From positions 22,146 to 86,145 of the forward strand of contig CAXXFJ010000034.1 in the NCBI GenBank assembly GCA_963677415.2: DNA of 64,000 bases. The letters run 5' to 3'. The notes beneath the pieces were generated by a model that was not told the origin of the DNA, did not search any database, and worked only from the letters and a program-made list of their open reading frames with translations. How positions within the stretch are numbered: position 1 is the stretch's first letter; the number at the start of each line of letters is the position of its first letter. Shown here piece by piece: positions 38,027 to 45,603 of this stretch. The position numbers were made by a program, and so were the translations under genes. Source of the DNA: Bacteroidales bacterium (GTDB taxonomy: Bacteria; Bacteroidota; Bacteroidia; Bacteroidales; JAQUTK01).

Positions 38027-39034
38027 ATGCGCATCGAACACGATTTTTCTCTCCTGCAATACAATACCTTTGGCATGAAGGCTATTGCGAAATGTTTTGT
38101 GGAGTATGCTTCTGTTGCTGAGCTACAGCAATTCCTCCGTTCTTGCTCTCCTGATGAACAGGTATTGCAGATAGGAGGTGGAAGTAACCTGCTTTTTACC
38201 ACTCGGATATTTGAGGGGACCATACTTCATTCAGCCATTCAAGGGATAGATGTGGTGGAGGAAAATGAGGATACTATCTGTCTGAAGGTGGGTGCAGCGG
38301 TGGTGTGGGATGATTTTGTTGCAACTGTGGTGGCTCAGGGATGGGGCGGTGCGGAAAATCTTTCGCTGATTCCCGGTGAAGTAGGTGCGTCTGCCATTCA
38401 AAATATTGGTGCCTATGGAGTAGAGGCGAAGGATCTGATTCGCAATGTGTATACCATCAATCGGAAGAATTACTCCGAACGAGTATTTGAGAATAGGGAA
38501 TGCAGCTACGGATATCGTTCAAGCATCTTCAAGAGCTCTTTGAAAGATCAGTATATTGTGACCCATGTCTCGTTTGAACTAAAGAAGCATCCGGTGCTCA
38601 ATCTCTCGTATGGTAATATCTCTGCTGCTTTTGAACCGGGTGAAGAGATCACCCTTCAGAAAGTACGTGATCGTATCATTGACATTCGTCAGCAGAAGTT
38701 GCCTGATCCGAAGGTACTGGGCAATGCAGGGAGCTATTTTATGAATCCGGTAGTTCCACTTGCTATGTACGAATCGATGAAGTGCGACTTTCCTGATATA
38801 CCTTCTTATCCTGCGGGAGATGGAGTGAAGATTCCGGCAGCCTGGCTCATTCAGCAGACGGGATGGAAAGGAAAATCGTTGGGACATGCTGCTGTCTATG
38901 AGAAGCAACCACTGGTGCTGGTCAATACAGGAGATGCTGAAGCTCTGGATATCATACGTCTTGCCGATGCTGTTATTAATGCTGTGGAAGAAAAATTTGC
39001 AATCCGGTTGAAGCCGGAAGTTATCTATGTCTGA
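38027..39034 (+). CDS. murB: UDP-N-acetylenolpyruvoylglucosamine reductase
   Basis: FAD-binding PCMH domain (GGGSNLLF) and the MurB C-terminal domain (NAGSYFMNP, AAWLIQQTGWKG). The GTG at 37994 overlaps the galE terminator, so the ATG at 38027 is preferred. Confidence 0.92.
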   Translation: MRIEHDFSLLQYNTFGMKAIAKCFVEYASVAELQQFLRSCSPDEQVLQIGGGSNLLFTTRIFEGTILHSAIQGIDVVEENEDTICLKVGAAVVWDDFVATVVAQGWGGAENLSLIPGEVGASAIQNIGAYGVEAKDLIRNVYTINRKNYSERVFENRECSYGYRSSIFKSSLKDQYIVTHVSFELKKHPVLNLSYGNISAAFEPGEEITLQKVRDRIIDIRQQKLPDPKVLGNAGSYFMNPVVPLAMYESMKCDFPDIPSYPAGDGVKIPAAWLIQQTGWKGKSLGHAAVYEKQPLVLVNTGDAEALDIIRLADAVINAVEEKFAIRLKPEVIYV

Positions 39035-39042
39035 AAATTAGA

Positions 39043-39801
39043 ATGAAGATTACGTTTTTAGGTACCGGTACCTCTACCGGAATTCCCTCTGTGGGATGTA
39101 ATTGTGAGGTTTGTAGATCAACAGACCCGAAAGACAAGCGGCTGAGATGCTCTGTGATTGTTGAAGTAGAGGAAGCAACTCTGCTGATTGATTGCGGTCC
39201 GGATCTGCGCCAACAGACGCTTGATCATTATCCTTCCAAGCTGGATGGAGTACTGATTACGCACGAACATTTTGACCATGTGGGTGGCTTGGATGACTTG
39301 CGCCCTTTCTGTTATCACAAAGCGCTCAATCTCTATGCAGAGCACTATATGCTTGAACTCTTAAAGCAACGTGTGCCTTATTGCTTTACCGAGAATCGCT
39401 ATCCGGGTGTGCCCAATTTCAATCTGCATGAGGTGACTATGAGTCCGTTTGTAATAGCAAATGTTGAGATTCAGCCAATTCGGGTGATGCATTACAAACT
39501 ACCAATCCTTGGTTATCGCATTGGTAATATGGCATACATGACGGATGTGAAGGACTTGCCGGAAGAGGAGTATGACAAACTGAAGGGCTTGGATACTTTA
39601 ATAATTAATGCGCTACGCATCAAAGAGCATATCTCACATCAGAATCTGGAGCAGGCGCTCAAGAAGATTGCACGGATTGCTCCTAAGAAAGCGTATCTTA
39701 TTCACATGAGTCACGAAATGGGTTTGCACGCCGAAGTGGATAAGCAATTGCCCGAAGGTGTGAGTCTGGCCTATGACGGTCTGGAGATCGACAGTTTATA
39801 A
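39043..39801 (+). CDS. MBL-fold metallo-hydrolase (PhnP-like)
   Basis: The start (ITFLGTGTSTGIP.VGC.C.VC) has a Cys cluster and is followed by the HxHxDH motif (THEHFDHVGG). Confidence 0.88.
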   Translation: MKITFLGTGTSTGIPSVGCNCEVCRSTDPKDKRLRCSVIVEVEEATLLIDCGPDLRQQTLDHYPSKLDGVLITHEHFDHVGGLDDLRPFCYHKALNLYAEHYMLELLKQRVPYCFTENRYPGVPNFNLHEVTMSPFVIANVEIQPIRVMHYKLPILGYRIGNMAYMTDVKDLPEEEYDKLKGLDTLIINALRIKEHISHQNLEQALKKIARIAPKKAYLIHMSHEMGLHAEVDKQLPEGVSLAYDGLEIDSL

Positions 39802-39830
39802 TCGTCTTTCCGGACTAATTATTTCAGATA

Positions 39831-40454
39831 GCTTGAAGAGAGTCAACAGGAGTCAGAGATACAGAATAATAGAGTCTACTGAAATCAGAGATAAATAAAA
39901 TAAGAGCAAACTGTAGACAGAGATAAAGAATAAAGAATCTGCAAATATCAGAGTTAGAAGCCAAAAAGAACCTCCCATTTCGGAGTCCTACACCACCAAT
40001 TTCTGCGTCCTTTTAATATAACCCATCCATACAGACGTTCATAGCGTTTGACTACTGTAGACTTTGCGTACCACAACTGTGGAAGTAGCGTAGGACAACT
40101 GTCAAACGCTAACCGCTTCCGTGAGCGTGGATCCATCTATCAGGACGCGTGATTCCAAGCATACGGATGAGTGGTGCGATTATACTGTATGTTTCCTTAT
40201 TTGAACCATGTGCTCTTACCAAGATTTCTGAATGAACAGATTGCGGGTCGAGCCCGCAATGACGACGGAAAACCATTTGCCATCGGCTTGTAGGACCCTG
40301 AAAGGGGTTGACTCTTTTAGCTTCTAATTCTGATTTTAGTAGACTCTTTATTTTTTATCTCTGACTACAGTTGACTCCTTTATCTTTATCTCTGACTACG
40401 GTTGACTCTTTTAGAACAAGACCCTAAAAGAGGTTGACTTTGCTCTTTTGAAGC
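39831..40454. repeat. Large imperfect palindrome: arms ~39831-39960 and ~40313-40454, each made of four ~31-bp sub-repeats in mirrored order, around a ~350-bp non-coding core
   Basis: The left arm has units ending CAGAGATA and the right arm has units starting ATCTCTG. For example, AGAGTCTACTGAAATCAG (39871-39888) reverse-complements to 17/18 identity with CTGATTTTAGTAGACTCT (40330-40347). The outer ends GCTTGAAGAGAGTCAAC / GTTGACTTTGCTCTTTTGAAGC also mirror each other. Confidence 0.8.
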
Positions 40455-40493
40455 TCGGAAATATCCGATAGGTTTGTTCTGCAAACATACATA

Positions 40494-41387
40494 TTATATC
40501 TGCACAGGCAAATTGTTTTGCAGATATTCTTCCCGATAACTTCTCCATCTTTTCTTGATGGGTCCATTCATAAGTGAAGCTTCCATCGGTGTCATCATAT
40601 CCAGACTCTTATGAGGTCTTTGGGTGTTGTAGAACTCTACAGCTTCTGCAACGGCAGTTCGCACCTCTTCGATATCTTTAAAATCACGATACTCCAGGAA
40701 TTCATGTTTGAGGATCCCATTTACACGTTCTGCAATCGCGTTCTCTTTCGGATCTCCTTTCTCCGTCATGCTTATCCGTATATGGTTCTCTTTTAGAAGT
40801 CTGGTATATGAGTCGCTGGCATACTGAACACCACGGTCTGAGTGGTGGATTAAGTCAAGCCGGTCAGCCTCTTCTATCCGTGATAAAGCTTGTTGAAGAG
40901 CCCGGATTGTGAACTCCGTTTGTAAGGTTGGGGCGACATAATAACCCACAATCTCCTTGTCGTAAGCATCGGTAATCAAGGAGAGAAAGCAGAACTTCTC
41001 ACGGATCCTGATATAAGTGATATCACTCACCCACACCTGATTGGGGTGCTCCACAATCAGATCCTGTATCTGGTTCGGATATAAAAGATAAGGATGATTG
41101 GAATCCGTCGTCCGGATTCGTTTTCTTCTTTTCCTTATGGTCAGACCATAAACACAGAGTATCCTACAGAAGGAATCCCGCCCAAGGCTGTATTCCACAC
41201 CAAAATAGCTTTTATACATTACCCATAACTTCTCCCCACCGATGCCGGGATCTTTTCCACGGATTTCATGTACATATTCAAGTACGAACTGTACCTTTGC
41301 AGCATTCTCTAAACCGTGATCCAGATACTGGTAATAGGCTTGCTTAGATACACCAAACAGACCGCAAAGAGCCTTTGTATGATACAA
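40494..41387 (-). CDS. IS3-family transposase OrfB (DDE integrase core), expressed as an OrfAB fusion
   Basis: DDE residues sit in WVSDITYI, HHSDRGVQYAS and ENAIAERVNG. The -1 frame stays open upstream to the slippery site, so the listed Met is really an internal Leu (TTG). Confidence 0.93.
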   Translation of the reverse strand: MYHTKALCGLFGVSKQAYYQYLDHGLENAAKVQFVLEYVHEIRGKDPGIGGEKLWVMYKSYFGVEYSLGRDSFCRILCVYGLTIRKRRKRIRTTDSNHPYLLYPNQIQDLIVEHPNQVWVSDITYIRIREKFCFLSLITDAYDKEIVGYYVAPTLQTEFTIRALQQALSRIEEADRLDLIHHSDRGVQYASDSYTRLLKENHIRISMTEKGDPKENAIAERVNGILKHEFLEYRDFKDIEEVRTAVAEAVEFYNTQRPHKSLDMMTPMEASLMNGPIKKRWRSYREEYLQNNLPVQI

Positions 41388-41410
41388 AGGAGCTCCTGTG
41401 TGAAGCCTTA

Positions 41411-41764
41411 CTACTGTTTGGTGCCAGCTTTTTTTCGGATTGGAATCTGAAACATTTCCTCCGCAACGTCTATCATTGTATCAAAGGCCGTAGCGCGCAT
41501 CTTTTCATGTTCCAAATCCATCTTTACTTTTTTCAGTTCCTTTTTCAATCTGGCAATCTCTTCGGACTCTAATCTTTCCCGTTCTTTTTTCATAGATTCA
41601 TCCTCCTGATTTGGTTCTGGTGCAAAGGTATGCATCCAACTCAATAACGTAGTACGGTTTGCTATCGAATATTTCCGGCAAACCTCTTTGTTACTCATTC
41701 CGTCAAGATGATCCTTGACCGCGGATATGCGTAACTCATCTGAATAATGACCTTGATTCTTCAT
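41411..41764 (-). CDS. IS3-family transposase OrfA (HTH)
   Basis: 117 aa with a helix-turn-helix (ISAVKDHLDGMSNKEVCRKYSI) and a leucine-zipper-like coiled coil. Confidence 0.9.
   Translation of the reverse strand: MKNQGHYSDELRISAVKDHLDGMSNKEVCRKYSIANRTTLLSWMHTFAPEPNQEDESMKKERERLESEEIARLKKELKKVKMDLEHEKMRATAFDTMIDVAEEMFQIPIRKKAGTKQ
41428..41435 (-). promoter_or_regulatory. Programmed -1 ribosomal frameshift site A_AAA_AAA_G
   Basis: The minus strand reads CGA AAA AAA GCT in the orfA frame. Slipping -1 gives ...KKSWHQTVVRLHTGAPLYHTKALCG, which is continuous with OrfB. Confidence 0.8.
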
Positions 41765-41818
41765 CGTTTCTAATTTTTAGTTGAACTTCTGAGAGTCAAC
41801 TAAAATCAGTGCTAGACA

Positions 41819-42277
41819 CACCGGTACAAATGTGCTAGCTCTGTGATGATGCGGTACGTTCCACTCGACACCACCGGAGATCCAGGCACCGGTTAATCCG
41901 ATCAGTGCCGGCTTGATGACATGCTGCTCATACACAAAGTTATAATTGTTCGTCTTATCCAATGCAGAAAACAATCTGCCGCCAAGTTCGGGGGCAATAC
42001 TGATCTTCACATATTCATTTTCCAGATAAACAAGATGGTAGCTCTTGTCGCTTTTCTTATTCGTCAGGTTGTCATAGAGCGGGTAGGGATAGATCCGCTG
42101 CTCGGCACCCTGTGTACCTCTACCGAAGAAAAACATCGGACTGGGATCAGGTGCCGCTGACAGATATGTAGGGATATTTACGTCTGCCTCACTGACGGTG
42201 ATTGTTGATTGGCTCCAACTCTGGCTGAATGGAATAAGTAAGATGATAGTACTAATCCAAAGGTAAATGTGTTTCAT
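41819..42277 (-). pseudogene. 5' fragment (~153 codons) of a DUF5107-family gene truncated by the IS
   Basis: The ATG at 42277 gives a signal peptide (MKHIYLWISTIILLIPFS). The sequence through ...GGVEWNVPHHHRASTFVPV then runs into the IS end, which adds 13 unrelated codons and a stop. Full-length family members are several-fold longer. Confidence 0.75.
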
Positions 42278-42422
42278 ATCTGTTGGTATGTAAAGATTCA
42301 ACTATATACGAATCAGGCTATTCTGATAATCAGCCAAATATAGTGAATAATATCATACCAGCTAATACCTGATAAAAAGAATTAGTAAAGTCTGGTCTAA
42401 ATAGATAGAATGACTGAACGAC

Positions 42423-44255
42423 TTAACTTTTAGGTCTGATAATAATGGCCTGACCACCTTTTGCTTTGATCTCAAAAGAAAATGTATCGCCTTTTGATAC
42501 TTGTTTGGTTCTTTTACGGATGCTTCCTGCGCCATCGTCTTCATAAATAGTAGCTGTGTAAGCTTTACCTTTGGTCAGGAAATCTAATTGCACACTGCTG
42601 TTCCACGCCTCAAATCCGGCTACGTTGCCTACAAACCAGGTATTGCCCTTGCGACGAGCCACGCTGATATTCTTGCCGATATCGCCGGCAAGATAATGGG
42701 ATTCGTTCCACACGGTGGGTACATACTTGAAGAACTCTATCTCCTCTTCATTGGTATATTCGGTGGGTTTGCCGTACCAGAACATCGCTTGTAGCGGACT
42801 GAAATAAACGACTGTCAAAGCTAGCTGTTGCGCATTGCTGACCTTCAGGTTCTTGCTGTACTTGTTTGATTCATTCGGGTAGCAAAAGGTAAAGTCTGCC
42901 GGGCCGGCCAGAAAGCGGGTAAAGGGTAAGACTGTCGTATGAAATGCGTCCGGACTGTTTTCATCTCCACGGATACCTTCCTGAGTGAGCAGGGCAGGAT
43001 AGATCCTGCTTAATCCGGTTGGCTTGTAGTTGTCGTGAATGTCAATGACAAACCCATAGTCATTGGCTTTCCTGATAGCTGAAGTCAGCCACGTAAGACC
43101 ATTTTGAGTCAATCCATCCACAAACCCAAACTTCATTCCGCTCACACCCCATTGTTTGAAGAGAGGCAGGATCGTATCCAGCTTTGCTCTAAGTCCGACA
43201 TAATTGACATAAAGAATGACCCCGATGCCTTTCTCCTTTCCGTATTGAATGACTTTCGGCATATCAATTTGAGGTATGACTTGAGTAGGATCGGATGTAG
43301 AACGAAACTCTGCTCCATACCATCCTGCATCAAACATGATGTATTGTAGATTGTGATTTGCTGCAAAATCAATGCATTCCAATCCGCTTTGAGTGGTCAA
43401 CTGTGATCGTATTAATTTTCCGGGTTTGATCCAGGCGGGAATCTCTTTCAGTGAGCTCTGCGTTAATTTTAAAAATAACTCGCTGTAATCATGCAGCCCA
43501 ATAGCTGTTCGGGCGATACTGATAGTGCGCCATGGAGTCTGAAATGTATCACCCGTCTTTACCTCTTTATCTCTTGGAAAAGCGATAGCAAGACTATTCG
43601 ATGCTTTACCCTTTGTTAGTTCAGCTTTGGTGTATCCTTTATTTTCTGCTTCACCGATACTGAGATACAACTTCCCGGTGTGTATCGTGGCCGGAAAATC
43701 GCAGGTTTTGGAGAGCGTATCAATGGCTGTGGGTGTGAATATCGACTCCTGATTGTATTGGTAAATGATAAAGGGTTGAGTCAGATTAAACTTAGTATTC
43801 TCTTTCGTTATACTGTTGCTCTGAAAAGCTGCTTGCTGTGGAATCTCATACCGAAACGCTACCGAGCCGTTAAATACCCGTATGATCAGGTTAAACTGCA
43901 CCGATAAGTTTGCGCAAGAGAGTTGCAATTCGTTGTAATTGTTTGTGATCGTATCATTTTCGCCCAAAGACCAGGCAAACTTTTCAGTGTGGCTGCTTTG
44001 CTTTTTGTCTTTTATTTCCGTTTTCTCTCCGGCAGCAATGTCTTTCACCTCAAGACCTAAATCAGACCAGGTGACAGCTTCCTGTTTGGAATAAAACACC
44101 CGATAGAGCAATTTTCCCTGCTTGTCGATTCCTACTTCAATGGATGTTTGTTTGTCGGGAGAGTATGTGCGAATGGGCTTCTTAACCTGTCCAAAGCCAT
44201 TGACTGTTGTCAACAGACATAAAACTGCTGAAAGGATACATGTTCTGCTTTTCAT
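42423..44255 (-). CDS. Glycoside hydrolase family 97 (second copy, 610 aa)
   Basis: Signal peptide plus GH97 blocks FQTPWRTISI, YIMFDAGWYG, MKFGFVD, DIHDNYKPTGLSRIYPA and LPFTRF. Confidence 0.88.
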   Translation of the reverse strand: MKSRTCILSAVLCLLTTVNGFGQVKKPIRTYSPDKQTSIEVGIDKQGKLLYRVFYSKQEAVTWSDLGLEVKDIAAGEKTEIKDKKQSSHTEKFAWSLGENDTITNNYNELQLSCANLSVQFNLIIRVFNGSVAFRYEIPQQAAFQSNSITKENTKFNLTQPFIIYQYNQESIFTPTAIDTLSKTCDFPATIHTGKLYLSIGEAENKGYTKAELTKGKASNSLAIAFPRDKEVKTGDTFQTPWRTISIARTAIGLHDYSELFLKLTQSSLKEIPAWIKPGKLIRSQLTTQSGLECIDFAANHNLQYIMFDAGWYGAEFRSTSDPTQVIPQIDMPKVIQYGKEKGIGVILYVNYVGLRAKLDTILPLFKQWGVSGMKFGFVDGLTQNGLTWLTSAIRKANDYGFVIDIHDNYKPTGLSRIYPALLTQEGIRGDENSPDAFHTTVLPFTRFLAGPADFTFCYPNESNKYSKNLKVSNAQQLALTVVYFSPLQAMFWYGKPTEYTNEEEIEFFKYVPTVWNESHYLAGDIGKNISVARRKGNTWFVGNVAGFEAWNSSVQLDFLTKGKAYTATIYEDDGAGSIRKRTKQVSKGDTFSFEIKAKGGQAIIIRPKS

Positions 44256-44304
44256 TTTTGTTTATTTAGATGTTCTGATTGTGTGTTTCGTGTTATTTCG
44301 CATC

Positions 44305-45444
44305 TTATTTCCCTGAACCGTAAAAGAGCAAGGTGCCAAATGCCGGTTGGTCGCGGTCGTATCCTTCCGGGCGAATCCGTTTGATCACTTGTTCCGTGTA
44401 GGGCATCTTCAAACCTTTTATTCGCACATAGTGGTTATAGGCCATCTCATAAACTGGCATGAACTTCCCCCGGCTCTTATCTGAAATCACTGTCCAGTCA
44501 GAATATTTACCTGTCACATCTTTCCAGGTCACAAAAGGCACAGTGTCATCGCCCAGATTATAGCGGGCAACATATTCAAATCCTTTCAGCAAACGATTGT
44601 CAAGGGCACTGTACAAGTCGTCTCCCTGGTTATAGGCAATCTCACAGACTGTAGCTAACGCACCGATGCCTAACTGGCAATGTCCCTGATCACGTCCGCT
44701 TTCCTGAATCTGACCCGTAGATCCGTTGATATAATTTTTGATGGTGCCGTTGTCATTACCGTTGCAATAAAAGTCAAGTGCTTTTTTATACATCGTTTCG
44801 TTGTTGAGGTAAATAGCCGATGAGATATACATCTTTGTTACGATTGGTCCCCAGTTGCCATTCGTATACGCTTTGGTTGCATAAAACGTTTCACATACAG
44901 GAAGGAAAACAGCGGTAATCATTTTAGTAATCTTCTCCGTCTGTTCAGGAGTCACTCCCTTATAGGTATATTGAAGTATTTCCATGGCATTGACAATCTT
45001 CGTCCCTTCCAAACCTACCAAAAGGGGAGCGTCATTTGTAGCTGGGATTTGCTTTAAGCTATCAGCATAGGCACTCAGTATCTCCAACGATTTCAGTGCA
45101 TGACTTTCATCTTTGGTTGCAACCCACATCAAAGCATTCAGATATGCAGCACTGAAATCGGCTTCCATTTTACTTTTCGTGTACCCATATTGGCCATCCC
45201 TTGAAATAACAGGATAAGGCCCCTTCATCTTATACTGAGGATCGGCACAGGGATGATTTTTCAATAATTCATACGAACCGTATTCCGGCATTGTTTTCTT
45301 GACGGCTACCTCTCTGATATGCTCCAAAGAAGCTGCAGAATGCAGTATGCCCGGATGAATAAACACTTTGTTTTGTGCTGTAATTTGAAGACTCAGGTTA
45401 AAAAGAAGGCACACCGATAAGAGTGAGATCGCATTTTGTTTCAT
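44305..45444 (-). CDS. Alginate-lyase-fold (PF05426-like) protein, single-domain paralog of 8537-11182
   Basis: It shares HPGILH, GRDQGHCQLGIGALATVCEIAYNQGDDLY and NRLLKGFEYVARYN with the larger protein. The ATG at 45444 (MKQNAISLL...) is preferred over 45462, because the -7 box at 45474-45481 would leave almost no leader. Confidence 0.8.
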   Translation of the reverse strand: MKQNAISLLSVCLLFNLSLQITAQNKVFIHPGILHSAASLEHIREVAVKKTMPEYGSYELLKNHPCADPQYKMKGPYPVISRDGQYGYTKSKMEADFSAAYLNALMWVATKDESHALKSLEILSAYADSLKQIPATNDAPLLVGLEGTKIVNAMEILQYTYKGVTPEQTEKITKMITAVFLPVCETFYATKAYTNGNWGPIVTKMYISSAIYLNNETMYKKALDFYCNGNDNGTIKNYINGSTGQIQESGRDQGHCQLGIGALATVCEIAYNQGDDLYSALDNRLLKGFEYVARYNLGDDTVPFVTWKDVTGKYSDWTVISDKSRGKFMPVYEMAYNHYVRIKGLKMPYTEQVIKRIRPEGYDRDQPAFGTLLFYGSGK

Positions 45445-45473
45445 AATTCTGGTATTTGTCATTTTTCAACTCT

Positions 45474-45481
45474 ACAAATAT
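45474..45481 (-). promoter_or_regulatory. -7 promoter box (TATATTTG on the minus strand)
   Basis: The plus strand reads CAAATATA, upstream of the lyase-like/GH97 gene pair. Confidence 0.45.
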
Positions 45482-45551
45482 AATACGTTTCTTTATTTGT
45501 TGATACTCAATTGAAATCTAATAAAGATGATCATCAAATAATAATAATCAA

Positions 45552-45559
45552 TATATTTG
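45552..45559 (+). promoter_or_regulatory. -7 promoter box TATATTTG for the GH3 gene
   Basis: Exact TAnnTTTG match 45 nt upstream of the ATG at 45604. Confidence 0.45.
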
Positions 45560-45603
45560 TGAACTTATTTCGTAAAACATAATTTGATAAACCGGAAGAC
45601 GCC

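Larger units (their letters stand above)
40475..41821 (-). mobile_element. IS3-family insertion sequence (orfA/orfB with -1 frameshift); lower boundary uncertain
   Basis: The upper end is defined by the break in the DUF5107 reading frame at ~41819-41821. In IS orientation the element begins TGTGTCTAGCAC. A weak inverted match, TGTTCTGCAAAC, lies at 40475. Alternative lower ends are ~40455 (the palindrome edge) or ~40318 (the 18-nt motif copy). Confidence 0.75.

Noticed and set aside
39954-40136. 60-codon ORF on the minus strand in the palindrome core
   Set aside because: It is short, starts inside the left arm repeats, and has no promoter box or recognisable motif. It is most likely fortuitous.
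40240-40260. tRNA T-arm-like hairpin (GCGGG-TCGAG-CCCGC), suggesting a tRNA or tRNA fragment as an integration site
   Set aside because: The loop is 5 nt rather than 7 and lacks TTCRA. No acceptor, D or anticodon arms can be drawn in the flanks.
39831-40454. Possible CRISPR array, because of ~31-bp periodic repeats
   Set aside because: The units are contiguous with no unique spacers, are degenerate, and are arranged as two mirrored arms. No cas genes are present in the window.
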